Shown here: one piece after another, positions 45,043 to 58,720 of the stretch
Numbering within the stretch: position 1 is the stretch's first letter
Layout of the letters: each line of letters starts with the position of its first letter
The notes under the pieces: model-generated
What the model saw: only the letters and a program-made list of their open reading frames with translations
What the model was told of the DNA's origin: nothing
The model's database searches: none
Assembly (NCBI GenBank): GCA_012295275.1
Contig: CM022677.1
Span: 18,228,001 to 18,292,000 of the forward strand
Direction: 5' to 3'
DNA: 64,000 nt
DNA from: Chrysomallon squamiferum
Taxonomy: Eukaryota > Animalia > Mollusca
Program-made: the position numbers and the translations under genes

Positions 45043-45597
45043 AATGGATATAAATCAGAACAAAAATACTGATTAAGAACTTTACTAAAATACAGTTAAT
45101 TATCTGCAGATATTAATGGAATCTAACATAATATATGTCAGAAAAATACCTCTAATGTATATTCATAATACAACCAAAAAAATGGAGTATCAGTAAATAT
45201 TATGTATTATTATTATTATTATTATTATGTATTGTGTATTATTATTATTTTTATTATGTATTATTATTATTATTATTATTATGTATTGTGTATTATTATT
45301 ATTATTATGTATTGTGTATTATTATTATTTTTATTATGTATTATTATTATTATTATTATTATTACTATTATTATTATTAAAGAAACTAACACACACATAC
45401 ACCAAACATTCAACCACTTTTTGTCAGTGTGTAACAAGAAAAGACTAGGAGTAATTTAAACTTGAACAGGTAAAGGGAGATAATTGTTACTTTTTTAACA
45501 GATGTAAATCTTCTGATATACTGATATGGCTTTTATTTAACTTTTACAGTGAGAGACAGAAAAATTGAAGAGTAAGAGGGATAGGAAATGAACAGAC

Positions 45598-45667
<70 letters not shown>

Positions 45668-45947
45668 AATGAGACAGAAAGAAAGAAAAGAGAAAAGAGA
45701 CTGACAGAATATGTGACAGAAAGAGAAAGAGAAACAAAGGAACAATGAATGAGACAGAGAAAGAGACTTAGAAAAATAGAAAAAAAAATATCTGAATTAA
45801 CACTTACTGTATTTCAACATTGAAACATTATCAGTGATAGTTAATACTGATTAGGACACACAGTGATACTTCCTGATAACTTTGTAAGCATCTGTGTGAT
45901 ATATTTAGAATATTGAATGACTGTGACACACCTATAGATAGACTGAG

Positions 45948-46026
<79 letters not shown>

Positions 46027-47348
46027 TACAGAGAGAGAGAGAGAGAGATTACTGATACGTCACTCACAACAGGACAAACCAGTCACCAGTGGTAGACCCG
46101 GTAGATGCCTGGGTGAGGTGTTCAAATGAATCATCATTAAGAGCCTGGGTCGCCACCTGGTGGGCAGTCATTAGCCAGTGTGAAATTTCATCTTCATTGA
46201 CGTCATGTCCTGAAATGATCAGACACTAAATTCATGAAATATGCATGCAACATAAATTTTCAAAAATAAAACTTTTTAATTCCTTTAGATGCATGTAACA
46301 ATATAATCCTTTGAAATAAATAATTATTAATTCCTTTAGATGCATATAACAATATAATCCTTTGAAATAAATAATTATTAATTCCTTTAGATGCATATAA
46401 CAATATAATCCTTTGAAATAAATAATTATTAATTCCTTTAGATGCATGTAACAATATAATCCTTTGAAATAAATAATTATTAATTCCTTTAGATGCATAT
46501 AACAATATAATCCTTTGAAATAAATAATTATTAATTTCTTCAGGTTGTCATCTAATAACTCTTTCTCCATATCTAGTGTTATTTACAGCTTAATGAATCA
46601 AGATTTTCTATATTTTTGCTTCTAAATATAATTATATCAAACAGATTTCAAACTAGTCACTACAAACAATGAGAGTTAGCAAATTTAAGTGATGATGAAT
46701 TTGAACTGATATCAGATTTTGGGTTTTTAATTAAAAAAATAAATAAATAAAAGACTATAAAAATATGCAGGATGTAAGTATTTACATGGTAGTAAAAATA
46801 AATAAATAAATTAATTAATTGAACTGAATTGAATTGAACTGAACTGAACTGAACTGAACTGAACTGAACTGAACTGAAATGAAATGAAATGAAATGAAAT
46901 AAAATAAATAAAAAATTATATAAAATAACATAAAAATAATAAAAAAAAACTGCAATAATAATATATCATATTTAAACTACATTTTAACATTGAGTTATAA
47001 TCATAAAAATCTTTAAAAATTCTCAGTAACATCCCATCCAAACTTAGCCCAGTTATTCAGCACAAAAACTAGCCATAAGAACTTTCATATCTCATTAATA
47101 AACTACTTCTGTTTCTCTCTCCAAATTATTCTGATACTTCTTCTCTTTGTAAGATAATACTGTTTTAAATTTTTATTTTGCTGTAGTCTGACAGATCAGT
47201 TTAAATTCATGACGTCATTGAATTTATTTATTTATAACTTTTACAACAACTGTGACTACAGTAATAAAACTTAGATTATAAATAATAATAAAAGAGAATA
47301 ACAACCAAAATAATAATAATGATAACAAGAAGAACATGAACAATAATA

Positions 47349-47398
<50 letters not shown>

Positions 47399-47673
47399 TA
47401 AAATAACAATATTAATAATAACAACAATAATAATAAAAATAATTTTGAAAAACATCTTGGTGAAAACATATATTGTATGGATAAGTTACTAAATAAAGGT
47501 ATATTAATTAGGATTAATCTCTACTCTAAGATTAAAAAGGTTTGTATTATGGGTAGACAGATAGAGAGACAGACAGATGGATAGATAGCTGGAAGAATGA
47601 TGATAGCTGATAGAGAGACAGACACAGATGGATAGATAGTTAGTTAGAAGACAGATATATTATATATGTGGTG

Positions 47674-47716
<43 letters not shown>

Positions 47717-48054
47717 ATATCTATAGGTGTGTCACAGTCATACAATATTCTAAATATATCACACAGATGATTACTAAGTTATCAGGAAGTATCACTGTGT
47801 GTCCTGATCAGTATTAACTAACACTGATAATGTTTCACTGTTGAAATACAGTAAGTGTTAATTCAGATACTGAATCATATATATGTATATGTTTGTATGT
47901 ATGTGTGTATTTATATGCACGTGTTTGTGCATGTGTGTGTGTGTATAGATGATAGAGAGACAGACATAGATGGATAAATTGTTAGTTAGAAGACAGACAT
48001 CCCTGCAGACAAAAAAAAAGAAAGAGAGAGAGATAAAAATGAAAAAGTGTCAGC

Positions 48055-48086
<32 letters not shown>

Positions 48087-48208
48087 AAGGGAAAGACAAA
48101 GATAGAGACCTCAAAAGAACATAAAGAATGAAGAAAAAAGGACAAAGTAAAGAAAACAAAAATCTATAAAAAAAAAGTCAAATCAAATAAACAACAAAAA
48201 GTACAACA

Positions 48209-48247
<39 letters not shown>

Positions 48248-49042
48248 CTGACTTAGTAATCTGCAGTATTCAAAAGTACAATAATTCTGGTGTCCAAGTC
48301 ACAATGGAAGGGAGGTAATTCTAAAAAAAATCTTACCGTCGTATATAACAGGATTTTGATTTCGGAAGAGAACAAAACCCGGAAGTGAAGTGACCTGATA
48401 TTTCTTAGCTAAAGTGATGTCTCCACATTTTACCTTCTTCAGGGCTGTAAATAAATAAATAAATAAGTATGTAAGTAAGTAAGTAAGTAAGTAAGTAAGA
48501 AAGTTACAAGGAAGAAAGTAAGTAAGTAAGTAAATAAAAAGTAAATAAAAAAGTAAATAAATATAAATAAAAAATTAAGTAAATAAATAATTTATTTATT
48601 TATTTACTAATTAATTTAAATTATTTGCTAAATAAATAAATAAATAAGTAATTATTTGATATTTTTTTAAATTATTTATTTATTTAAATAATAGGATACA
48701 CAGACAGATACACAGACTGAGATATAGATTAAAAATAAAAATAGACAGAGTGGAGTGAGGTAAAATAAACAAATAAACTAGAAGATAAAGAAAGAAATGT
48801 CACCAAAAAATAAAATAAAATAAAATAAAAATAATAAATAAATAAATAAATAAATAAATAATGCATGCACAAACACACAGGCATAATATATATATATACA
48901 AAATAAATTTAACAGTAATATAAAATATATAATTTTTAAAATGTAAATAAGTAAATAAAAAACAAATAAATAAATAAAATTAAAATAAATAAATAGAGAT
49001 ATATTTAATTTTAAATAAATATTTAAAATAAATAATAATAAT

Positions 49043-49076
<34 letters not shown>

Positions 49077-49513
49077 TACATTAATCTACTGAAAAAGGTT
49101 AAGAAGTAAAAAATAAAACATGAAATAAACATTTATCTTCTATAAATACAGTTATTGATTACTCGTGCTGTATATTATTATTATTATTTTTTTTTTTTTT
49201 TTTTTTAAATATTTTTACTGTGTGAAGGCCAACATGAAACACATGTCATAATCCCCATTAAGAAGAAAACATATTCTGCACAGATGTGAAAAGTAAAGCA
49301 AGGAGTCAATTTAATACTGTGCTGTAGAATATTTTAGTTTTGAGTTAAAACAGACAAACAGACATACGGAGAAAAACAAGTACCAAAAATAAAATACACA
49401 TAGATGTGATTATAAATAGGAAAAAAGATAAAAAATACAGTAGTGTATACAGACCCAGATAAAGACATACAACAAACAAACATAGACAAATCAACACACA
49501 TATATACAAACAT

Positions 49514-49549
<36 letters not shown>

Positions 49550-49711
49550 CCAGATGCACACACAGACACACACACCAACACCTCCAGATGCACACACACA
49601 CACACACATACAAACATAATCACACGCTTACACATAAACACACACAAACATACACTACTACACACATTCTTACACACCCATAAACATGTATACACACACA
49701 CACCTCCAGAT

Positions 49712-49774
<63 letters not shown>

Positions 49775-49893
49775 GACTGACAGACATCTTACTTCCAGGA
49801 AACATGTCTGGTTCAGGTAAACTGTCTAAAACTTTCTTAGCATCTTCACATGTCATACAGTCTGTTTCATCTGAAAAATAAATAAAATATAAC

Positions 49894-49924
<31 letters not shown>

Positions 49925-50218
49925 AATGATAATGATGGTAACAACAACGATAATAATAACACCAGTAGTAGTAGTAGTAACAGCATAGTAGTAATATTTG
50001 TAATAATAGTAGTGAGAATGACAATAGTAGATCATAACAACATCAACAATAATAGTAAATGAAACAATAATAGAAGATGAAGAAGATGCAAAGACGGAGT
50101 ACCATGAGAAAAGATTGTTGTTGTTTTTTTCTTTTCCTTTTCTTATTATTATATTTAATTAATCTTTGTTATTTCTAATTACATATTTAATGCATGTGAA
50201 TATTAATAACTGCATTTG

Positions 50219-50250
<32 letters not shown>

Positions 50251-50566
50251 AAAAAATTATTTATAAATGTCCTCGAAACCTTAAACAGCACTACAAAATC
50301 ATTAATCAATGAATTCTGGACGTTTAATACACACCATATGTCACATGCATTTGATCAATAAGAACGAATGTAAAATCTATCTGAAATGTTAAAAACTTAC
50401 AAAACAATACCAAGACATAGGGGTTGTCTTTAATTGCGCTGTCCCAGGTACCAAGCGAAACGTCCTGACCGTCATCGCCAACGACTGGATTGCAAAAACT
50501 GCATGCTAAAAGACCGCACAACAACAAAACGGGCATTTTAAAAACGGGAAGCGAAACAGACGTCAT
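36456..50566 (-). CDS. 9-exon type I ER-membrane thioredoxin-domain protein (two Trx folds, TQASTGxTTGDW family), 314 aa from ATG 50566 (304 aa from ATG 50536)
   Basis: Exons 50401-50566, 49793-49870, 48337-48444, 46068-46209, 44914-44976, 44176-44271, 41238-41363, 37084-37120, 36456-36584. All introns are GT-AG, phases are consistent and the total is 945 nt. Signal peptide, CMTC and CMSC motifs, [27 protein letters not shown]-terminal TM and KHKDL* tail. Confidence 0.93.
37084..37120 (-). CDS. Thioredoxin-domain gene exon 8 (37-nt micro-exon)
   Basis: TTTTCAG|T GAT AAA CTG ACT GAT ACC ATT GCA CTT GCT ATA AAA|GTAAGT; bridges phase 2 to phase 0. Confidence 0.85.
41238..41363 (-). CDS. Thioredoxin-domain gene exon 7
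   Basis: [41 protein letters not shown] with AG/GT boundaries. Confidence 0.92.
42420..43440. repeat. TG-rich intronic minisatellites (35-bp unit ~42420-42680; 21/42-bp unit ~42860-43440)
   Basis: AATGAAGTGCTGTATAAAATGGTGTAATGTGTTAT repeats. ATGTGTTGTATGAAGTG recurs at 43013, 43055 and 43097 (42-bp period). Confidence 0.85.
44176..44271 (-). CDS. Thioredoxin-domain gene exon 6
   Basis: [31 protein letters not shown] with AG/GT boundaries. Confidence 0.92.
44914..44976 (-). CDS. Thioredoxin-domain gene exon 5 (CMSC)
   Basis: [20 protein letters not shown] with AG/GT boundaries. Confidence 0.9.
45789..45947 (-). repeat. ~160-bp (CT)n-anchored interspersed repeat, copy 1
   Basis: Reverse complement of 47711-47869 and 53152-53310. 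Confidence 0.9.
46068..46209 (-). CDS. Thioredoxin-domain gene exon 4
   Basis: [46 protein letters not shown] with AG/GT boundaries. Confidence 0.93.
46276..46536. repeat. 51-bp minisatellite, about 5 near-identical units
   Basis: Unit TTAATTCCTTTAGATGCATATAACAATATAATCCTTTGAAATAAATAATTA; appears as a 17-aa periodic spurious ORF. Confidence 0.95.
47711..47900 (+). repeat. ~160-190 bp (CT)n-anchored interspersed repeat, copy 2
   Basis: CTCAGTATATCTATAGGTGTGTCACAGTCA...GTAAGTGTTAATTCAGATA. Confidence 0.9.
48337..48444 (-). CDS. Thioredoxin-domain gene exon 3
   Basis: [35 protein letters not shown] with AG/GT boundaries. Confidence 0.92.
49793..49870 (-). CDS. Thioredoxin-domain gene exon 2 (CMTC)
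   Basis: [25 protein letters not shown] with AG/GT boundaries. Confidence 0.9.
50401..50566 (-). CDS. Thioredoxin-domain gene exon 1 (signal peptide)
   Basis: [55 protein letters not shown]|GTAAGT; alternative start at 50536. Confidence 0.88.
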
Positions 50567-50569
50567 TCT

Positions 50570-51490
50570 CCTACGGATGTCGGCTGCAGAAAGAATGTAT
50601 AACACTGTTCTTCATGACAAAAAGTGACGTACCAGGGCACGCGCAACTTGTTGAACTTTGTTTTAAAATAAGATCACGTCATAGCAGACGATTTTTTAAT
50701 ACACGCTGCATTTGGTTTTGTGATTTTTCCGTTTTTAAATAATAAATTTAGGAACTGTACCTGAATTGAGGCATTTGATAATAAAAATAACACCTAATTT
50801 AAACATGTGGAAACAGAACTTTAAGAAATTTTAAATCAGTGTATTTTTTAATAAAAAATTATCTGCAACAATAAAATTAAAAATTATAATACTTTTATTT
50901 TAATTTAATTCAGTACATTGCCTGTAAGTTTATTCTCTGCACATGCGCTATCGGAATATTAATAGTGCGATTATTATTTTTCAATTTTTTGTTTCTACAT
51001 ATCTTAATTATTACCTATCCTTGTTGTAGTTATTGGTATTCTCGATACTGTTCATGGGAAGGTGAATGCAAAAGAGAGCATGTTTCGTTCTTTTTGCTCT
51101 TTTATCAGTAATGACATCATTATAATCATCACTCTGCTCATCATTATCATCGCCACCGGCAGGATGTTCGTTTCGCTATTTTCATCGATTACGTTTTTAC
51201 ATCAACCGAACACGCTGTTTCGTGGCCTGGCGTGATTTGACGAGATTTTGTTACATTTCCGGGTTGTCAAAGGTTAGGGTGGAAATGTCTAACGGGAGCT
51301 TCACTAGCAATTTTTAACGCGAGAAAGAGGCCAAATATTTCCTTGTTTGGATAACAAACTGTATTCGAGCGTTTCCAAAGGTAAGGATTTATACGAACAA
51401 AGTAGAGTAAAAAATTCACGATTTTTTTCGAAATTAAGAATTAAAGATGTAGAAGTTGTTATGAGAGGGGTCGCCATTTTTCGGAAGTAT
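50570..51490. promoter_or_regulatory. Probable bidirectional promoter between the thioredoxin-domain gene (-) and the CDC42SE gene (+)
   Basis: Locally CpG-rich and microsatellite-free. Plus-strand donor AAG|GTAAGG at 51381. YY1-like CGCCATTTT adjoins Ets-like CGGAAGT at ~51472-51488. Confidence 0.55.
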
Positions 51491-51944
51491 GTCCCACGGT
51501 TGATTGATATCCCTGTCGGAAGGATTTGCCTTCTTGATGAAAGCAGAGATGACTCGTTTGAAGTAGCCGGCTTTTTTTCTGACTAGATGCGTTACTACAA
51601 TGATATACCTTGATTGCATAGTCATCATAATAATGTCTACGTCATCTCCATGACAGATGATTATGACGAATTATAAAACAAAAAAAAGTACTTTGTTACG
51701 AAAGTTTATAACAATGTTCGAGAAACTAGTATCATGACACATTATCTAGTTGTTGCCCCCTTGAAGAATGAGTCATGCAGTGTATCACAGTGTATAACTC
51801 TGTTTAACATTCTCACAAAAGGAAAATGTGACATTTTTCTTTTAAAGTGCGCAGATAAGTTTTTAAAAGTATTAAAATTTTGTTTATTTGTTTACTTCTG
51901 ACGTTATTAACAGCAGAAAATACAGACGAGACATCGTACGCTGC

Positions 51945-51979
<35 letters not shown>

Positions 51980-52728
51980 ATCTTGTGCATTTGCAATATT
52001 CTCATAAATGTAAAATGCAACTTTTTTTTTCTTTTAAAGGATACAAATTAGTTTCAGAAAGTTTAAAACTTTTGAACTTGTTTATATGATTTTTTTTTTT
52101 TTAGATTGGAGACTTGAAAAACCTGTATACTGTACTTTAAAAATAGTTTAAATCTTGTTTATTTGTTTACTCCTTAAGTCTGCAAGTTAGTTAAATTAGG
52201 TAAATATATTTAGGTACATAAGACATTATAAGCAACTTCTAAAAAGTTTAAAAAATGGATATTTATTAATTATTATGTTTTAAATGTAGTTAAAGGAAAC
52301 AAACTCATAGATTCGACATATTAAACAGATAAGTATAAAGTGTATTTTAAAATGTTTAAAATTTTATTACTTCTTAAGTTTCTTAAGTGAGTTAAAGACA
52401 GCAAATAAATTCAGATGGAGAAGTGCACTTCAGTATACTTTTAAAAATCTTAAAACGTAAGTGTTAAATGTAGGTTACATTTTTAAAAAAAATTTCTATT
52501 TATTAATTATTATATGTTAAATCTAGTTAAAGGAAATAAATAATGATAGACATATGAGACAAAAAGAAAAGCTTAAAAAAAAATGTTAATTATTAATTCT
52601 TAAGACTTACAACTTAGGTTAAAAAAACAACAAATAAATGTAGAATGATTTGACACATCCACATAATTTAATTAATTCAAGAAATTTGACAATAAAATGC
52701 ATTCATTTTTTCTTCTCAATTCTCACAG

Positions 52729-52777
52729 GAATGTTGACATTTCTATAAACTGACTTGATCCCATTATGGCAGAAAAA
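52729..52777 (+). other. Candidate non-coding 5' UTR exon of CDC42SE
   Basis: Pyrimidine tract ending TCTCACAG at 52728 and donor-like GTAGGT at 52778. Confidence 0.4.
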
Positions 52778-53059
52778 GTAGGTTCATTTCTCTTTTGATT
52801 TAAAATACATTATCTATATTTATTCTTTATATATCTTCTGTGAAAACTGGCTTGGTTTATAATTATTTAGTTACAAATATACTGATAGAGGAAGTTAGGG
52901 GAATGTTTTTTTTTTATTTTCTTGTATTTCATTAACAACATGATCTCTTTCTCTCTCTTTCTTTCTCTCTTTCTGCATGAGTGAGTATCTCTCTCTTTCT
53001 TTTTCTGTCTTTCTCCATTTCCCTGATCCTATATCATTTTTCTGTATATATGTGTATGC

Positions 53060-53151
<92 letters not shown>

Positions 53152-53157
<6 letters not shown>

Positions 53158-53340
53158 CTATCTATAGTTGTGTCACAGTCATTCAATATTCTAAATATAT
53201 CACACAGATGCTTACTAAGTTTTCAGGAAGTATCACTGTGTGTCCTAATCAGTATCAACTACCACTGATACTGTTTCACTGTTGAAATACAGTAAGTGTT
53301 AATTCAGATACTGAATCATATATATGTATATGTTTGTATG
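53152..53340 (+). repeat. ~160-190 bp (CT)n-anchored interspersed repeat, copy 3
   Basis: Near-identical to 47711-47900. Confidence 0.9.
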
Positions 53341-55411
53341 GGTGTATGTGTGTGTCTATATATATAGTTTTGAAACAATTTTTTTTTTTTTATATGTATG
53401 TATGTATGTATGTAGACATTACAACAATAAATACTATTGCAACTGCTATTACTATTACACACATTCATAAAAGTCTTAGTACATTAAAAACACACACACA
53501 GAAAGAGAGAGTAGATTGATAGTGTGTGTATGTTTGTGTGTCTCTATCTGCCTCTGTAGTATATTATGCTATGAAGTGATGTTTCTCTGTTGTTATTAAT
53601 TCACACTAAAATATTCTCAATTTGTAATGTTTTAAATTTTGTAATATGTTACCCGACCCAATCATCGTTGACACACATGGTTAAGCCACAAACCTGAGGA
53701 TCTCCAGGCTCTGGTTTCAAATCCATGGTCAGACTTCCACTTTAGTTAAACAAGGGTCAGGTTTAAAAACTTCAGTGTATGCATAATCCTTTATTAAAAC
53801 TAATACAGTAATAGTGAGACTGTTGTAGACAGACAGTCATCCAGACAGCAATGGCCATAGACAGACAGTCATATCCAGACGGTCATATGCAGACACTCAT
53901 AATTAGAAAGGCATATCTATTTGTTATTGGACAACTATACTACCTATAGCCAGAAAGCAGTAGCAAGACATTAATGGTCATAGTAATAATCAGACAGGCA
54001 TAGTGAAAAAGTAATAGACAGACAGTAATAATTAGACAGCAGCAGTCAGTCAGTAGCAATTGGACAGTAATAGTTAGACACTAATAGCCAGGTAGACATG
54101 ACTGTTTAGTAATAACCAGACAGACATATTCAGTCAGTAATCAGACAGTCATAAACCATACAGACACATTTCCAGATAGTTTTAACCAGAAGTTATTGGG
54201 GTTTCTCAATAGAGCAATGCTCAAAAACAGATTTGCTTTAAATGGAATTAAACACAGAGCCCTTAATTAAGTCTGGACATCAAAATGTATATGTACTTGA
54301 CCTTCTAGGTTACTTCTAGGTTATCTCTCCTAGGATATCTCTCCTGTATATATATATATATATAGATCTTACATATGTGATTGTGAGTGTGCATATTCTT
54401 ATCATATATATTGTGTCTGTGTGCGTGTTTGTAATATGATCATTATTATCAGATTGTCAGCACTGAGGGTATGTTTCTGTCAATTGTTAAATAGAAATGA
54501 ACACCACACTTCTTCATTAATGTATGCCCATGTCTGTATTTGCTTGAACCCTTTGTATGTGTGTGGGTGTTTGTAATACGATCATTTACATCAGATTACC
54601 TGTAATGTACCGAGTGTGGTGTATATTTTTGTCAATCATTATATATCATGCCCACGACTATGTCTGCTTGAACCCTCACTGGGCGTGTGGACAGATAGAT
54701 TTCCGAGAGTTGATTAATTAGAAATCGTTCTGATTGAGCCCTGGGGCAAGTCTAGTAGTACCAGGAGACCCCAATTACTACCAGGGATTTAAATTTGGAT
54801 AACCACACATGGTGTGTACTAATTTTTGTATCTACCTATTGTATAATACATGACTGGTCATCATCTGATATGTTACTTATGTTGATATATAGCCCGGGGG
54901 GGTCAAAATTTCTACAGGTTGAAAAAAAAAAAAAAAAAAAAAAAAAAATGATCTGTATAATCGAAGCATTTATAGATTAAAATGTCCACAGGTCGAAATG
55001 TTGACAGGACCGAATATTTCACTATGAGTCAAAAACATATGTAGGTCAAAATGTTCACAGGTCAAAACATTTTTCGTTGGTTAAATAATTCAATATAGAT
55101 GTTGATATATGAATGTGGTTTTTAAAATATACATTTTTTTAATCTCTGACTCTCTCTTTTTTTTTTTTCTTCTTTTTTTTTCAACCTGTTTAATTTAAAA
55201 AAAAAAAAAAAAAAAGTAAAGAATTCTGATTTACAGTTTTCATGGAGTGAAAGGCAGAAGAAAAACACATTTTAATCACTTGTGTTGCATGCTGGGAAAC
55301 TATCATTGCCTTCTAAGGAAGTGCAACCATTTTGGGGGGAAAAGTCATTGATATATCTAGTTAAAATAGATATATATATATTTAAAATATTTACAAACTA
55401 GTTTTGAAAAT

Positions 55412-55464
<53 letters not shown>

Positions 55465-55505
55465 GAGACATATACACAATGATACGAAAAGAAAAATAAG
55501 AAAAG

Positions 55506-55545
<40 letters not shown>

Positions 55546-56545
55546 ACTACTCTAGATATTATTTCTTTACTGTACGGTTATGTTTAGTAATAACACAAAC
55601 ACATACAATCACAATAATATAACAAAAAAAACAAAAAAGATATATATATATATATATACAAACACACACACACACAGACACAGACACACACAGATATCAT
55701 TAAACTATATCTAAATATTTGTTACCAATTAATATTCCACACACCGAGACATGCAATACCACAAATATGTAATACTCAATTACATCTATGTTAAAATACC
55801 ACAGATATTTCACAGGGTTTAACCTATTATTTCACAGTAGCTATGATATATTTTAAACACCCCTCCCAAAAAAAAAAAATTTAAAAAATAATAATCACCT
55901 ACACAAAAGCTTTTAACCTAACCTTTGAAGCCGTGTTCTAAATTAGCTGAGAGAGTATGAGAAAAAACTGAAAATAAACCTAATAGAGATATTTGTATGG
56001 CTGTTAGCTTTGATAAAGTCAGTAAGGGAAAAAAAATCTAGGTTTGTGTGAAGGCTGTAGTGTATAAGAAAAAAAAAGTTATAAAAAAAAAAAAATGTGT
56101 GTGAGATATTGGTTGTTGAAGTAGAAAATAGAATGGTGTATTGTAACTATTGATTCTTGATAGCTGTTTTTTTTTTTTTTTTTGTGAATATTTATGTGTG
56201 TCTGTACATGAGAATATCTGAATATTTATCTATCTACCTAGCTATCTATCTCTCTGTCCATCCATATATGAGTGTGTGTGTGTGTGTGTGTCAGTGATGT
56301 TTGTATTTTGGAATCACATTTTTTATATATGAGTATGTGTGTGTGTGTATATATTCGTATTATAAGTCCATATTGAAGTAATGCCTCTGTATATATTATA
56401 TGTGTTTGTATTTTGCATCATGTATGGTTCTGCTTACATAAGTCTATGCATTTAAACTATATATGCATATAATGTACTTTTGATCTTTATTAGATGTTGA
56501 TTATATTATTTGTATGAGTTTCATAGTGTGTGGGTATGTGCATTT

Positions 56546-56622
<77 letters not shown>

Positions 56623-56991
56623 CGATATATTTAGCAGACTATATATATATACATACATATGTATCTGCTTAAAACATCTGTACCTGACATAACACAGAAG
56701 TGTGGCTAAGGTTAGCTAGAATTGTGTTAAGCAATAAAAAATCTGGAAGATATTTCAGTTCACAGAAATAATGGAATACTGTAACTGTTAGCAGTTGCCT
56801 TTGTTTGTGTGTGTTTTTTGAGTGTGTATGTGAGAGAGTATGTGTGGTGTGTTTGTTGTAAGAATGCATGTATTGTGGATGTTGTTTGTGTGTGTTTTTC
56901 TGTCTGTATATGTGTGTGTGTGTGTGCATCTATTTATAAGGTTGAAATATACTAAGATTTTTATGTATGAGAGTAATAGTAATACCAGTTC

Positions 56992-57051
<60 letters not shown>

Positions 57052-57499
57052 CAAAAAATAGTCAGTGGGGAATAAGTAACTTCTGTAATGGCTATAAAAC
57101 TCTTTCAAGAACAAACTGATGCTTGTTTAATATGCTTACATCATGAACAGATTTCAACTGATGACTGTGTCTGTAGCCACTCTGATCTGTATCTCTCTGT
57201 AAGTCTGTTCTTTGTAGATGTGTATGGTATGTAAGTCAGAGTGTATGAATGTTTAATATTTACATATAAATATATATATATATATAAAATGTGTGTGTAT
57301 TCATGTATGTATCTGTAATTATACAAGTATGCTCAGAGTATATGAGTATGTGTGTTCATTATATAAAGTGAAACTCCTTTGAATCAAATCCTCTTTAAAG
57401 CAACATTTCCTCAAAACCAAACTTATTTCTTTTTAATGATTTGCACAGCTTTTAGCCACTAAGAAAAAGAAGAAAAAAAGACAGTAAAGTAACTGATGG

Positions 57500-58720
57500 C
57501 CTTATCTGTAAAAATAGTGATTTATCAACAAAGAATGATTTGGTACACTGCAACCATATTATAGTAACAAATACAGTTTTGTTTAGATACTCTGTACCCA
57601 TGCTGTAAAGAGTTATCTATGTCACCACTGTAAAATGATTTAGTACTATGCAACCCTATTCTATTCAGTATTCTATGTGAAAAAAGGAAAACAATTTACT
57701 ATTACTGTATACAGTAATCTGTGTCATCAATAACAACTAATTTAGTTACTCTGAAAATATATTCTACACAGTAATCTGTATCACCACTGCAAAACAATTT
57801 AGTATACTGCAACCCTGCTGTACATAATACTTATGTTACCAGTTCAAAACAGTTTGGATTTTTTTTTAATGTTTGTTGTAACCCTACTGTAGACTATTCT
57901 ATGTATCACATAATGATTTTATACACAGCAAACTTATTGTATACAGTAATCTAAGTCACTGATTCCAAATAATTTAATACACTGCAACCCCTATTCTATG
58001 TCACCTATGCAAACTAATTTAGTATATTGCAACCCTGTTGTACGCGGTAATCTATGTCACTATTGTAAAGTGATTTAGTACACTGCAACCTTATTGTACA
58101 CAGTAAACTATGTCACCACTGCAAAGTGATTTAGTACACTGCAACCCTATTGTACACATAAATTTATGTCACTACTGCAGAGTGATTTAGTACACTGCAA
58201 CCCTATTGTACACAGTAATTTATGTCACTACTGCAGAGTGATTTAGTACACTGCAACCCTATTGTACACAGTAATCTACGTCACTACTGTAAAGTGATTT
58301 AGTACACTGCAACCCCATTGTACACAGTAATCTACGTCACCACTGGAAAGTGATTTAGTACACTGCAACCCTATTGTACACAGTAATCTATGTCACCACT
58401 GGAAAGTGATTTAGTACACTGCAACCCTATTGTACACAGTAATCAACGTCACCACTGCAAAGTGATTTAGTACACTGCAACCCTATTGTACACAGTAATC
58501 TATGTCACCACTGGAAAGTGATTTAGTACACTGCAACCCTATTGTACACAGTAATCTATGTCACCACTGCAAAGTGATTTAGTACACTGCAACCCTATTG
58601 TACACAGTAATCTATGTCACCACTGCAAAGTGATTTAGTACACTGCAACCCTATTGTACACAGTAATCTATGTCACCACTGCAAAGTGATTTAGTACACT
58701 GCAACCCTATTGTACACAGT
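57500..58720 (+). repeat. 56-bp tandem satellite array (homogeneous ~58050-58720, degenerate towards ~57500)
   Basis: Unit GCAAAGTGATTTAGTACACTGCAACCCTATTGTACACAGTAATCTATGTCACCACT; same phase at 58121 and 58681 (10 x 56). Confidence 0.95.

Noticed and set aside
46232-46570. ORFs with perfect 17-aa repeats
   Set aside because: Translation of the 51-bp intronic minisatellite.
57500-58720. Regular array superficially like CRISPR
   Set aside because: Whole 56-bp units repeat head to tail with no unique spacers, in a eukaryotic intronic context with no cas genes.
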